Assembly (NCBI RefSeq): GCF_020745735.1
Contig: NC_083409.1
Location: 17,628,341 to 17,692,340, forward strand
Origin: Hemiscyllium ocellatum
Taxonomy: Eukaryota
Direction of reading: 5' to 3'
DNA length: 64,000 bases
Below the pieces are notes generated by a model. It searched no databases. It was not told the origin of the DNA and worked only from the letters and a program-made list of their open reading frames with translations. Shown here in pieces: positions 1 through 11,669 of this stretch; positions within the stretch are counted from its first letter, which is position 1, and the number at the start of each line of letters is the position of its first letter. The position numbers were made by a program, and so were the translations under genes.

Positions 1-29
1 TTCCAATTGAGTCCCATGGAATTGGAATG

Positions 30-455
30 TTGGCATTTCTTGCAGCAATTGGAATCTTGGTATTTATTATAAAAGGACTGGATTACAGAAATAAAGAAAT
101 ATTGTGACAATTCTATTAGGCATTGGTGAGACCACATCTGAAGCATTGTGTCCAGTTGTGGTCTCCTTACTTGGTGAAGGATATGGTGGCACTGGATTCA
201 GTTCAGAGGATGTTCGCCAGACTGATTCCCCGGATGAAAGGGCTGCCATATGAGGAATGGTTGAATAGCTAGGGCTTGTACTCACTGGAATTCAGTTGTA
301 TGAAGGGGAGATCTGAGTGAAGTATATAAGATGCTAAAGGAGATTGATAGGGCAAGCATTGAACAGATGTACTCTCTTGTGGGCCAGTCTCGAACAAGAG
401 GTCATAGACATAGAGTGAGAGGAGGTATGTTTAAAACTGAGATGAGGAGAAACTA
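30..455 (+). mobile_element. CR1-type LINE 3' fragment (RT C-terminus, degraded)
   Basis: Typical CR1 tail: cattggtgagaccacatctgaagcattgtgtccagttgtggtctcc (LVRPHLE.C.Q.WSP-like), with stops. Confidence 0.8.
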
Positions 456-457
456 CA

Positions 458-803
458 GGTGACAGAGTGGTGCAGTGGTGAGCACTGCTGCCTCACAGTG
501 CCAGGGCCCCAGGTTCGACTCCACCCTCAGGCAACTGCATGGAGTTTGCACATTCTCCCCCTGTCTGTGTGAGCTTCATCTGTGTGCTCTGATTTCCTCC
601 CACAGTCTAATGATGTACACGTTCAGAGGATTGGCCATGCTAATTTACCCATAGTGTCCAGGAAAGTGTAGGTTAGATTCATTAGTCATGGGAAATATAG
701 GGTTACAGGGAAAAGGTTCCAGAATGGCTCTGGGTGGAATGCTCTTTGAAGGGTTGGTGTGGACTTATTGGGCTGAATGGCCTGGTTTCATACTGTATGG
801 AAT
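458..803 (+). mobile_element. HE1/V-SINE-type tRNA-derived SINE
   Basis: tRNA-like head gtggtgcagtggtgagcactgctgcctcacag...ggttcgactcc, then core ggagtttgcacattctcccc...ggccatgctaa shared with many copies in the window. Confidence 0.8.
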
Positions 804-1122
804 CTGTTCCATTCCAACTACTTCTCGCAGAAGGTTGCGAATCTGTGGATGTCAGTGCGCACCATCATCTCCACCCCCCCACCCCCCCACCCCCCCCCCC
901 CCCCCCCCCCCCTTCCTCAAGCACAGTGGAGGCAGAATCAATCAACAGATTCAAGAAAGAAACAGATATCTTTCTGATGAAAAGCAGGATAGAGGGCAAT
1001 AGGTAGCCGTCTGGAAAGTGGAGAGGAGGTTAAGTTCAGCCATGATCATGTTAAATAGGAAACGGGTTTGATTACCTATTCCTGCTCCTCATTCCGAAGT
1101 TCAATCTTGCAATGAGATCCTT

Positions 1123-1475
1123 GTTTACTGGTCTGTATTGGAGGATCCATTCACAAAGAGTCACATCTTTACTGGTCTGTATTGGAGGAGCCAGTTTGAA
1201 GCTCGTCTATATTTACTGGTCTGGACTGGAGAGTTCAAAGAAATGGAGGCCTTTCTCTCCTGGTTTCTATTGGAGGGCCCAGTAGGAATAAGGTCCATGT
1301 TAACTAGGCTCTGCTCGAGTATTCAGTGGGAAATAGACCCATATTTACTGGTCTCCATTGGAGGCTCCAGCGGCAAAGATGCCTATGTTTAATGGTCTCT
1401 ACTGGAGAGTTCTGTGGGAATGAATTCCATGCTTACTGGTCTCCACTGGACAGTCCAGTGGGACATGGATACTGT
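1123..1475. repeat. Degenerate ~44-bp minisatellite, ~8 units
   Basis: Recurring tttactggtct(g/c)(t/c)attggagg head followed by more variable ~20-nt tails. Confidence 0.7.
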
Positions 1476-1941
1476 AGTGAGTGTGGGGCTCATTTCCTTT
1501 CTGTAGTAACTGTGTGATGGTCCAATCCTCATACCAATAAAATTGGAGCTTGACCATGGAAGGGGAAGGTGAGGGGAAAGGATTGGAACATGTTGTGAAT
1601 GGATAGGATGGGTCAATGGGTCAGATCCTGTCCTATCCCTCCAGCTCAAACTGATGGCCTGAGGATCTCCTCCCTCTGCTGGGCTTTCATGGAATGAGGT
1701 TTGTGTCCAAACCAGTCTCCAGTAAGAATGGGCCAACAACACAGAATTGCCCTTCATTTGACAAGAATCTGACCGTCTTCCTGAGAGAGGCCAAACCCTG
1801 GTCAATGTGGGAAATGGGCCTTTATTCCAGGAGCAGACATACTCCTGGTGTCAAGGGTTAACATCCATTAGATTTGGAGGAGATATAACCTGTATTTAAC
1901 TTTTACCACTTGGGACCTTGTTGGAAAGGCAGAGAGTGTGC

Positions 1942-1979
<38 letters not shown>

Positions 1980-2254
1980 GTTGACGAGAGAGACATAGAA
2001 GGGCAGGGTGTGAAAGTGAGAGAGAGCAGGATAAAGAATCTCAGGCAGTGTAAGATGAGTAAAAGCGGGGGGAGAGAGAGAGGTAGAGAGAGGTAGAGAT
2101 GGTAGAGTTGAAGAATAGAGATAGAGCGAGATAGAGTATGAGACAGTGTGACTGAGAGAGAGGGGACAGAGAGAGAGAGAGACAGACAGAGTAGGTGTGA
2201 GACAAAGAGTAGAGGCAATCCAGTGAAAGAGAGAGACAGACGTGCAGAGATGTT

Positions 2255-2515
2255 CTGGTCACCATATTATGAGAAAGATATGACTGTACTCGAGATGGTG
2301 CAAAGATTTCCCAGGATGCTGCCTGGCCTGGAGGGTGTGAGCTATGAGGAAGGATTGGAAAGTTTGGGATTGTTTCTCTTGGAGCAGTGAAGGTTGAGAG
2401 GGAACCTGCTGAAGGGCAAAAAGATTATGAGAGGCAGGGATAGAGTGGACAGGAAGGCAACTTTTTCCATGAATAGAGGGATCAATATCCAGGGACAGAG
2501 ATTGGAGATTACACA
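2255..2515 (+). mobile_element. CR1 LINE 3' fragment
   Basis: ORF track: YYEKDMTVLEMVQRFPRMLPGLEGVSYEEGLESLGLFLLE; RGNLLKGKKIMRGRDRVD. Confidence 0.8.
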
Positions 2516-2545
2516 GACATACAAAATAGAAATAGAGAGCAGGAG

Positions 2546-2586
2546 TAGGGTTAGGTTTAGGGTTAGGGTTAGGGTTAGGGTTAGGG
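2546..2586 (+). repeat. Interstitial telomeric repeat (TTAGGG)~7
   Basis: taggg ttaggt ttaggg ttaggg ttaggg ttaggg ttaggg. Confidence 0.9.
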
Positions 2587-3244
2587 ATTGGCCCTGTGAG
2601 TCTGTTCTGCCATTCAATATGACCATGGCTGATCCTCTCCCTCAATGCCAAGCTGGGATTGATGTTGCTAGATCATTGATGATCAGTAGAGACTTGTTAA
2701 ATGCTGTTCATGTCATTGAACTTTTGATTGAGAGAGACACAGAAGACACACACAGACAGAGACAGAGAGCAAGTGTACATTGTGAGATTGAGTGAGAGAG
2801 GGCGAGGCATTTAATTGCTGCCCCAGGACTCACTGTTCCAATGTCCTGGAATAATGCCTGCTAGAGAGTGACTGGAGGGAGGGAAACAGACAAAGAGAGA
2901 GTGAGGCAATTAGAGATTGAGGGTATAAGGAGAGAATGAGTGAGGAATTAGGTAGTAATATAAGTGAAGGAGAAGAATGAATGATCAGAGAGAGAGAGAG
3001 AGAGACCAACCAACACAGAAGGGAGGGAGATAAACAGAATGTCAAACATACATGGAAAAAAGGAAAGATATAAGTAGTTATATAATTGGGAGAGGACAGA
3101 GTCGGAGACGGAAATAGAAAAAGAGAGAGAAAGTCAACGAATAACAAGAACATATACAAGAGAAGGGTGAGAAAGAGAAAAAAGGGAAAAGGGAGAAAGA
3201 AAAGAAAGGAGAGAGAGAGAGAGAGAAGAGGAAGTGTGAGGGGC

Positions 3245-3324
3245 TGACGTGGCTCTCTCTGCCTGATGCCATTTACATACTGAGGAACACCCAGTCAGAC
3301 TCTCACAGGCTGCAGCTTTATAAA
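3245..3324 (+). promoter_or_regulatory. Ig light-chain V promoter (CRE-like TGACGT, octamer variant ATTTACAT, TATA)
   Basis: TGACGT 3245-3250, ATTTACAT 3271-3278 (one mismatch to ATTTGCAT), TTTATAAA 3317-3324, about 60 nt upstream of the leader ATG. Confidence 0.75.
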
Positions 3325-3384
3325 GCAGAGCCCAGTGAAGGGAGAGTTTATCAGGAACCAGGCACAGGGACAGGAGCACACACC

Positions 3385-3433
3385 ATGATTTCACACATCC
3401 AGCTGATCTGGCCCCTGGCATTCTGTGTCGCAG
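3385..3433 (+). CDS. IGKV: Ig kappa V leader exon (MISHIQLIWPLAFCVA-G)
   Basis: caccATG at 3385; 49-nt hydrophobic exon; phase-1 donor G|gtacaa; acceptor cctcag|GT at 3619 restores the frame ([10 protein letters not shown]). Confidence 0.93.
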
Positions 3434-3619
3434 GTACAAATCTCTCTCCTTCCACCTTGAATCTTTAGCTGCTCTCCATTTCACTCCAATTCCACTGACT
3501 TGTGATTGAAGGGAAAATGCTGAAACCAGAGGAATGCTCAGTGTCTCCAACAATCTCTCATTTGACAGGCTCTTTCTGTGACAGTTCTGACTTCACTGTG
3601 TTTCTCTCTGACCCCTCAG

Positions 3620-3924
3620 GTATCAATGGAGAGATTATCATGACCCAGTCTCCCCCGGTGCTGTCAGTGGAACTGGGCCAGACTGCAACCATCACCTGTA
3701 CGGCCAGTCAAGACATTAGCAGCTACCTCAGTTGGTACCAGCAGCGAGAAGGTCAGAAACCCTCTCTCCTGATCTATGCTGCAACATCTCGATACACAGG
3801 AGTCTCCGAGCGATTCACCGGCAGTGGATCAGGGACCAGTTACACCCTGACAATCAGCAACGTTCAGAATGAGGATGTCGCTGACTATTATTGTCAGAAC
3901 AACCTGTATAGCAGCTCCACTCAA
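3620..3924 (+). CDS. IGKV: Ig kappa (NS4/type III) V exon, germline, unrearranged
   Basis: [82 protein letters not shown]; conserved Cys/Trp/Cys; no stops. Confidence 0.97.
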
Positions 3925-3952
3925 CACAGTGATACAGAGCCATACAAAAACC
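3925..3952 (+). promoter_or_regulatory. 12-bp spacer recombination signal sequence (V)
   Basis: CACAGTG + atacagagccat (12) + ACAAAAACC, perfect consensus. Confidence 0.98.
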
Positions 3953-4384
3953 TCAAGACACACAGCACCGCCTCATGCACTGACACATCAATCAGTTATA
4001 TAAAATGTATAATAATGGACACACAGTCCCACAGCCTGAACTGACACATCCACAATTAGATACAAATGAAACTGAACAAATTACCCCATGCTGGGATTGT
4101 CACTGTCCATGACACACTCCAGTCCCTGTGGTGTCCACCGCTCACTGAAGGCCTCAAGTTTCCCTCTGATACTCCATGACCACGCGTGAAGAACAGCTGC
4201 AAGATTTAATATCGAAAAATAAATTTCACAAAGCTCCCAAGCCCAGCTGGACACAGAGAGAGATGGAGACAGAAAGACACATGAATGAGGGAGAGACAGA
4301 GAGGGGCAGAAAGAAGTTGAGAGTGAATGAGAGACTGTGAGACAGGGAGAGGTTGAGAGTGATGGGGGGGAAGCAGAGAGCAGA

Positions 4385-4423
4385 GGTTTTTGTACAGCCT
4401 CTGCACTGGGAACTCTCACTGTG
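4385..4423 (-). promoter_or_regulatory. 23-bp spacer recombination signal sequence (J)
   Basis: GGTTTTTGT + acagcctctgcactgggaactct (23) + CACTGTG, perfect consensus; V12/J23 is the kappa arrangement. Confidence 0.98.
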
Positions 4424-4458
4424 GGACACGTTCGGTAAAGGAACCAAGCTCAGACTGA
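4424..4458 (+). CDS. IGKJ: Ig kappa J segment (DTFGKGTKLRL)
   Basis: FGxG motif; phase-1 donor CTG A|gtaagt in frame with the C exon (A+GC = Ser). Confidence 0.97.
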
Positions 4459-4831
4459 GTAAGTAAACCTCAATCCTCTGTTATTAACCCTTTCAATACT
4501 GAAACACACTTTCTAAAATACAGTTACTGATTTGTTGAAGGTGTTAGTGGGGAGCTGCAGTGAACGAAATGGTTGATTAAGGAGCACTGTGTCTAACAGT
4601 TGTCCAACCGTACCACTTCAGTTCCATTGCCCCCTTTAAGAAGCAAGATATAAGTCAGTCAGTTTTACTCACCGTGTGGAGGAGCTCTGTCCATTTGCAG
4701 CCTGTGGTCCCATTCCTGCAGCATGGAGTGAAATCAGTGAGTAGCCTCCTGCCAGTCTCAGTGTGACGGACACGGGGCAGAGTTTGATGTGAGCTCTGGC
4801 TCCCTGTCCCAGTCTCTGATCTCACTGACCT

Positions 4832-4867
<36 letters not shown>
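4832..4867 (+). repeat. (CAG)12 microsatellite
   Basis: 12 perfect CAG units. Confidence 0.95.
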
Positions 4868-4869
<2 letters not shown>

Positions 4870-4999
4870 CAGTGAGACACCGAGCTCCCACCTCCCCCAG
4901 CTTTAACTCTGCTCAATCACACAATCACAGAATAGTTACAGTGCACAAGGAGGCCATTCCGTCCATCCTGTCTGTCATGGTTCTCCGACTGAGCAATTC

Positions 5000-7130
5000 A
5001 CTGAGTGTCATTCTCCTGCCTTCTCCCTGTCACCCTGCACATTGTTCCTTTTCAAATAACAGTCTCATTCCCTTCGGAATGTTTTAATTGAAGCTGCCTC
5101 CACCACACTCTTAGGCAGTGCATTCCACACCTTAACCACCCACTGGCTGAAAATGTTGTTCCCCCTCTCACTTTTGTTACTTTTACTTATTACTTTAAAT
5201 CTGTGTTCTCTCGGTCTCAATCCTTTCTCAATTGGGAACATTTTCTCCCTATTTACCCTGTCCAGGCCCCTCCTGGTTTTAATTCCTCAAACAAATCTCC
5301 TCTCAGCCTTCGCCAAAGAAGACAGTCCCAAATTCTCCAATCAATCTGTATAACTGATGTTCCTCATCCCTGGAAGGATCTTCAGGAATATTTTTTGCCA
5401 TTTCTACAAAACTTCAGCTCCTTCCTGAATTATTCACATTTTCTATGACCCTCATGATTTTATAAACCTTTACAAGGTCACTCCTCAGACTCTTACGTGT
5501 CAGAATAAAAAGTTTCAGCTTTTCCAGCTTCTCATCGTCATGGAGTCATACAGCGTGGAAACAGACCTTTCAGTTCAACTTGTCCATACTAACCAGATAT
5601 CCTAAATCACCTCATCCCATTTGCCAGCATTTTGCTTACATTCCTCAAAACCCTTCCGATTCATGTACCCATCCCAATGCGTTTTAAATGCTGTAATAGT
5701 ATCTGCCTCCAATACTTACTCTGGCAGCTCGATCCAGACACATACCACCCTCTGTGTGACAAGTTACCCCTCAGGTCCCTTTTGAATATTTTGCCTCTCA
5801 CCTTAAACCTATGCCATCTTGTTTTGGACTCCCTTTCCCAAAGAAAAGGCCTTGGATATACACCCTGTCCATGCCCCTCATGATTGTATAAACATCTATA
5901 AGGTCACCCCGAAGCCTTAGATGCTGTAGGAAAAATAGACCCAGTTTCTTCAGCCTTTCCCTATAGCTCAAACCCTCCAATTCCTGGCCATGTCCTTGTA
6001 AATCTTTTCTGCAGCTTTATAAGTTTAACAGCATCCTTCCTATTTTCAAGGTGATCAGGATTGTTCACATTATTGCCAAAGTGGCCTCACTAATCTCCTG
6101 TACAGCTGCAACATGATGTCCCAACTCCTATACTCAAAATAGTGACCAATAAAAGCAAGTGTACCCAACACCTTCTTCATCACCCTGTCTACTTGTGACC
6201 CCACTTTCAAGTAATAATGCACTTGCATCTTCAATCCGAGGTCTCTTTGTTCAGCAACACTCCACAGGGCCCTCCCATTAACTGTCTAACTCCTGCCCTG
6301 GGTTGCCTTTCCAAAATGCAACATCTCACAGTTATCTAAACTGAACTCCATATGCTACACCTCTGCCCATTGCCCCATCTGATGAAGGTCCCGCTGTACT
6401 CTGAGATGAATTTCTTCGCTATCCACTATCGTACCAATTTAGATATCATCTACAAACTTACTGTAACTCCTATATTCACATCCAAATCATTTCTATAAAA
6501 TAGTGAATCCAGCACCAATGTTAGTGGCACACAGCTATTCACAGATCTCCAGTCTGAAAAGCAACCTTTTACCACCACTCCTGTCTCCTATCTTCAATCC
6601 AATTTTTTTATCCCAATGGCTCACTCCCCCTGGATCCCATGTGGTCTAACCTTACTAACCAGTCTATCATGTGGAACCTTGTCAAAAACTTTACTGAAGT
6701 CCATATTGACAATGTCTATTGTTCTATCTCCATAAATCTTCTTTGTCACCTCCTCAATCAAATTCAGGAGACATGATTTCCTATGCATAAAACCACATTG
6801 ATTATCCAAAGAATGTAAATCCTATCCCACAGAATCCACTCCAACATCTTACCCAACACTGACATCAGGCTCACTGGTCTATAATTCCCTGGCTTTTCCT
6901 TACAGTCTTTCTTTCTTAAATAATGGCATAACATTAGCCAACCTCTCTGGTTCTCCAGCACCTTACCCATAGTTGTCAGTGATACACATATCTCAGTAAG
7001 GGGCCCAGCAATCTCTTCCCTAGTTTGCCACAATGTTCTGGGATACACCTGATCAGGTCCTAGGGTTTATCTACTACTTTTATGTGTTTTCAGATCTTGA
7101 GCGTCTCCTCATTTGTGTGTGGTCTCTTTT
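5000..7130 (-). mobile_element. CR1 LINE ORF2 remnants (RT and 3' tail; probably more than one copy)
   Basis: Minus-strand ORFs: KPGNYRPVSLMSVLGKMLE, MDFSKVFDKVPHDRL, GLSYRERLKKLGLFFL..LRGDLI. Confidence 0.88.
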
Positions 7131-7343
7131 CAAGACATCACTATTTTTCCAAATTCCCTAGCTTTCTCCACAATATATACTGACCTGAAATATTTGTTTG
7201 GGATCTCACCCATGTCTTGTGTCTTACCAAAATATAGCACTCACATGTATCTGAATTAAACTCCATCTGCCATTCCTCAGCCCACTGGCCCAGTTGATCA
7301 AGATTCCATTGTATTCTTAGACAGCCTTCTTCACTGCCAATGA

Positions 7344-7660
7344 TTAGATTAGAGCCTCTACAGGGTCGAAACAGGCCCTTCTGCCCAAAAAGTCCTCACC
7401 GATCCTCCGAAGAGTAACCCACCCAGACCCATTTCCCTCTCAGTAATGCATCTAACACTGTGGGCAATTTAGCATGGCCAATTCACCTGACCTGAACATC
7501 TTTGGACCATGGGAGTAAACCAGAACACCCGGAGGAAACCCACGCAGACACAGGGAGAATGTGCAAACTCCACACAGACAGTTACCCAAGGCTGGAATCG
7601 AACCTGTGACCCTAGCTCTGAGAGGCTGCAGTGCTACCCACTGAGCCACCGTGCTGCCCC
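7344..7660 (-). mobile_element. HE1/V-SINE-type SINE
   Basis: Reverse complement of the SINE head/core with (AATCT)n tail. Confidence 0.85.
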
Positions 7661-8044
7661 ACCTGAGCCACCACTGAGCCACCGATGCCACCTGAAAATT
7701 CACCTGAACACACTCTCACAACTCTGGGCCCTTCCTGCCCATTACACTGCTACTATCCCAGTCTATATTCAGAAGCTAAAGACCGCCCCGCCCATTTATA
7801 ACAACTCTATCATATTTGCAGGTCTCTGTAAATTCATGCATTTGTATTCTTCCACATCCTTCCCACTGGGAGGTGACTTATTGACTGAACTGAGGATTCT
7901 GTGTTCCTTTGTGTTCCTCTTTGACATTCTCTCCTGGTTCGCACAGCCCTGCCAAGTTAGTTTAAACCCTCTCTAACTGCATGAGTAAACCACCTCACAA
8001 AAATCCAAAGCCCTCCCTCATGGATCCTCTTTCCAGCCCCACAG

Positions 8045-8760
8045 TCACCTGTGCTCACCTCCTGATTCTATTCTCACCTGCATGTAGCACTGGGAGTCAT
8101 CCGGAGATTCCTCCTTTTCAGTTCCTGCTGCTAATTCCCTCCAGAGCTCCCAACCTTCTGACTGCAGGACCACGTTCCTTTTTCTCCATCCATCACTGGG
8201 ACCAATGTGGACTATGACTGCTGGCTGTTCCCCCTCTCCCCTCAGGGTGCTCTGCAGCCGCTCAGTGACATCCTTGACCTTGGCATCAGAGAGACAACAC
8301 ACCATCCTGGATTCCCATCTGCAGCTGCAGAAACACCTATCGATGCCCTCACTCTCAAATATCCTCTCACTATCGCTCTTCCAGTTTTCCTTCTGCCCTC
8401 CTGTATAGCTGAGCCCCCCCCCCCACCGTGGTGCCAGGGACTTGGCTCTGGCTGCACTCCCCAGATGAACCATCATTCTCATCAGGATTCTGAACTGAAT
8501 CCTAGTTGGAGAGTGGGAGGCACTCAGGGATTCCTGTACTAGCTGCCTGGTCCTTTTGGACTGTCTGCTGCTCCCCCATTCCCTCTCTCCCTGCATACTC
8601 TGAAGGTGCAGAGTGACCACATCTAGAAACGTGCTCTCCACGGAGCTCTCAGCCTCACAGATGCTCTCCACTGACACCAGCTGCTGCTCAAGCTCCAGAA
8701 CCTGGAGCTCCAACTGCTGTCACTGACCACACTTCCTGCTCTCATGGTATTCCAGGAGCT
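8045..8760 (-). mobile_element. CR1 LINE ORF1 remnant (coiled coil plus esterase-like domain)
   Basis: LQVLELEQQL...VCCLSDAKVKDVTERLQSTLRGEGEQPAVIVHIG matches the CR1 ORF1 esterase motif (CLPGA.V.DV...VVVHIGTND). Confidence 0.8.
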
Positions 8761-8889
8761 GGGAAGCATTCTGAAGTTCCCACCTAAATGCACACTCTCT
8801 CCACTCTTTGGTTATCTGTTGATAAACAGCTACAGCAGGGCTCACAGTCCAGTAGGTTCAGTGTTCCAGGGTTTTGGGAAACTCTCCAG

Positions 8890-9700
8890 AAGACTTTAAG
8901 AAATAGGAGCAGAAATCAGCCATTCAGCCCATTGAATCTGCTCTGCAATTTGATCTTGGCAGATATGCTTCTCAACCCCATTCTCCTGCCTACTCCACAG
9001 GAATTTTCCATCCCCTTAACAATCACAAACCTATCTATCCCTGTCTTAAATACACTCAGTGACTTGGCCTCCACTGCCCTCTGTAGCAATAAGTTCAACA
9101 GATTCACCACCCTCTGGCTGAAGAGATTCACCCTTATCTCAACTCTAAAGAGTCGGCCCTTCATTCTGAGGCTGTGCCTTGGTTACCGAGTCTCTCCTGT
9201 TTTTGGAAACATCTTCTCTGCATCCACTCTATCCAGGCCTGTCAGTATTCTGTAAATTTCAATAAGATCCCTCTTCATCCTTCTAAAGTCCATTGAGTAC
9301 AGACCCAGAGTCCTCAAGCACGCCTGATATGACAAGCCCTTCATTGCCAGGATCATTCTTGTAAACCCCTCCAATGCCAGTACATTGTTCTATTAAAATA
9401 TGGGTCCCAAAAATGCCCACAATATTCCAAATACAGTTTGACCAGAGCCTTACACAGCCTCAGCAGTACATCTCTGCTCTTGTATTCTGGCCCTATTGAA
9501 ATGAATGCTATCATTTCATTTGCCTTCTCAAGCACAAACTGGACCTGCCTGTTAACCTGAATGAGGTTTGTGCTTTAGATTTCCAAAGGCTTTCCTCATT
9601 TAGCAAACAGTCTTTGTATTTCTTCTTGTGTTCTATCTGCCACTTCTTTGCCAACTCTCAGAGCCTATTAGGACCTTTTACAGCCTTCCCACTTCCTCAA
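8890..9700 (-). mobile_element. CR1 LINE 3' end
   Basis: LCKALVKLYLEYCGHFW; KRDLIEIYRILTGLDRVD; NLFSQRVVNLLN. Confidence 0.85.
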
Positions 9701-9707
9701 CACTACC

Positions 9708-10031
9708 TTTAGATTAGAGATTACTTTAGATTACTTACAGTGTGGAAACAGGCCCTTCGGCCCAACAAGTCCACACCGACCCGCCGAAGCGAAACCCACC
9801 CATACCCCTACATTTACCCCTTACCTAACACTACGGGCAATTTACGTGGCCAATTCACCTGACCCGCACATCTTTGGACTGTGGGAGGAAACCGGAGCAC
9901 CCGGAGGAAACCCACGCAGACACGGGGAGAACGTGCAAACTCCTCACAGTCAGTCGCCTGAGTTGGGAATTGAACCCAGGTCTCTGGCGCTGTGAGGCAG
10001 CACTGCTAACCACTGTGCCACCGTGCCGCCC
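9708..10031 (-). mobile_element. HE1/V-SINE-type SINE (young-looking)
   Basis: Full head-core-tail; near-consensus gggcggcacggtggcacagtggttagcagtgctgcctcac on the minus strand. Confidence 0.9.
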
Positions 10032-10034
10032 CTC

Positions 10035-11650
10035 CTGTCCCTCCACCTATCTCATGTTGTCTGCAAACTTAGCAACAATGTCTTCACTTCCTTCATCCAG
10101 ATTGTTAATGTATAACGTGAATAGTTATTGTCCCAACATTGACACCTGCAGAACTCTACCAGTCACCAGCTGCCATCTTTCCTCACTCTCTGCTTTATGC
10201 CAACCTGTCCGTTCTCAGTCCATGCCAGTACATTGCCCCTAACACTGTGGGCGCTTATCTTATGTCAAATACCTTCTGGAAATCAAAATACATTACTTCC
10301 TCGGACTCTCCTTTGCCTGACTGGCTCATTGCCTCCTCAAAGAATTCTAACACATTTGCCAGGCATGACCTCCCCTTGATGAAACCGTGTTGACTCAGCC
10401 CTATTTTACCATTGCACTTCCAAGTCCACCGGGTGACACTGTGGCACATTGGTTAGCACTGCTGCCTCACAGCGCCAGGGACCTGGGTTCAATTCCTGCC
10501 TCAGGCGACTGACTGTGTGGAGTTTGCATGTTCTCCCCGTGTCTGTGTGGGTTTCCTCCAGGTGCTCCGGTTTCCTCCCACAGTCCAAAGATGTGCGGGT
10601 CAGGTGAATTGGCCTTAGCCTTAGGCAAGGGGTATATATCCCCCATCAAATCTCCACCTCCACACCCTGACTCCATTGATTCCTGAAAGATCATCACCAA
10701 TGCCTCCACAATCTCTTCAGTGATCTCCTTCAGAACACACTGGTGTAGTTCATCCAGTCTGGGGGAGTTATCCAAATTCAGACCTTCCAGCTTCCCCAGT
10801 ACCTCCTCCTTACTGATGGCCACTACACGCCTGAACTGCCCCCTGACAGTCTGGAAGTACTGGTACACTGCTGGTGTTTTCCATGGTGCAGACTGATGCA
10901 AAGTATCGATTCAATTCCTCGGCTATTCCTTCATTTCCTACTATTCTTTCTCCAAACTCATTTTCCAGTGATCCAATGTCTAGTTTTGCCTCCCTCTTCC
11001 TTTTTATATATTTGCTAAAACTCTTGCAATCTTCTTTTATATTACTGGCTAGATAACTCCCAGATTTCATCTTCTCCACCCTTAATGCTTTTTTAGTTAT
11101 CCTCTATAGCTCTTTAAAGACTTCCTAATCCTCTGGCTTCCCACTATTCTCCACCACATTGGATGCTTTTTCTTTTGCTTTTATGCTGTCCTTGACCTCC
11201 CTCATCAGCCATGGTTGCCTTGTCCTCCCCTGAGAATGTTTTTTTCTTTTTTGGGATGAATTCCTACTCTACTTCCTGAATTACCCCCAGAAACTCTGCT
11301 GTTTGCTGCCCCACCATCTTACCTGCTCGGCTCCCCTTACAACCAACTCTGGCCAGCTCCTTCCTCATGTCTTTGCAGTTACCTTTACTCAACTGAAATA
11401 CAGTTCCATCTGATTGTAGCTTCTCTCTCTCAAACTACAGGGGGAATTATGGTCACTTATCCAGAGTGATACTTTCACCTTAAACTCACTAATCATGTTT
11501 GCCTCATTCCACATCACTGAATCCACACCTGCCTGTTCCATCATGGCTCAACCACAAGCTGCTCCAAAAACCATCTCGTAGACATTCCGTGAAATCCTTT
11601 TCTTTCGATGCACTACCCAGTCCACCTATCCATTGAGGTCTACCCTGACA
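10035..11650 (-). mobile_element. CR1 LINE ORF2 remnant, interrupted by a SINE at ~10430-10615 (+)
   Basis: QHGFIKGRSCLANVLEFFEE..YFDFQKVFD; LASNIKEDCKSFSKYIKRKR..AEELNRYFASV. Confidence 0.85.
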
Positions 11651-11669
11651 TTTAGTTTATCCCTTTTCT

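Larger units (their letters stand above)
1935..3240 (+). repeat. Purine-rich (GA)n/(GT)n low-complexity tract
   Basis: Multiple gagaga/gacaga runs with strong A/G strand skew, interrupted by a CR1 fragment. Confidence 0.75.

Noticed and set aside
1123-1475. CRISPR array interpretation of the repeat/spacer pattern
   Set aside because: Vertebrate context, degenerate repeats, mutually related spacers, no cas genes; it is a minisatellite.
3960-4060. Extra heptamer-like CACAG motifs between V and J (D segment or second RSS)
   Set aside because: No nonamer at 12 or 23 spacing.
4868-4874. CACAGTG heptamers at 4868 and 18914 as cryptic RSS or kappa-deleting element
   Set aside because: Neither has a recognisable nonamer at 12 or 23 nt.
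4655-4891. Signal-peptide-like ORF MGARCLTVLLLLLLLLLLLL
   Set aside because: It starts at GTG and the poly-Leu is just the (CTG)12 microsatellite.
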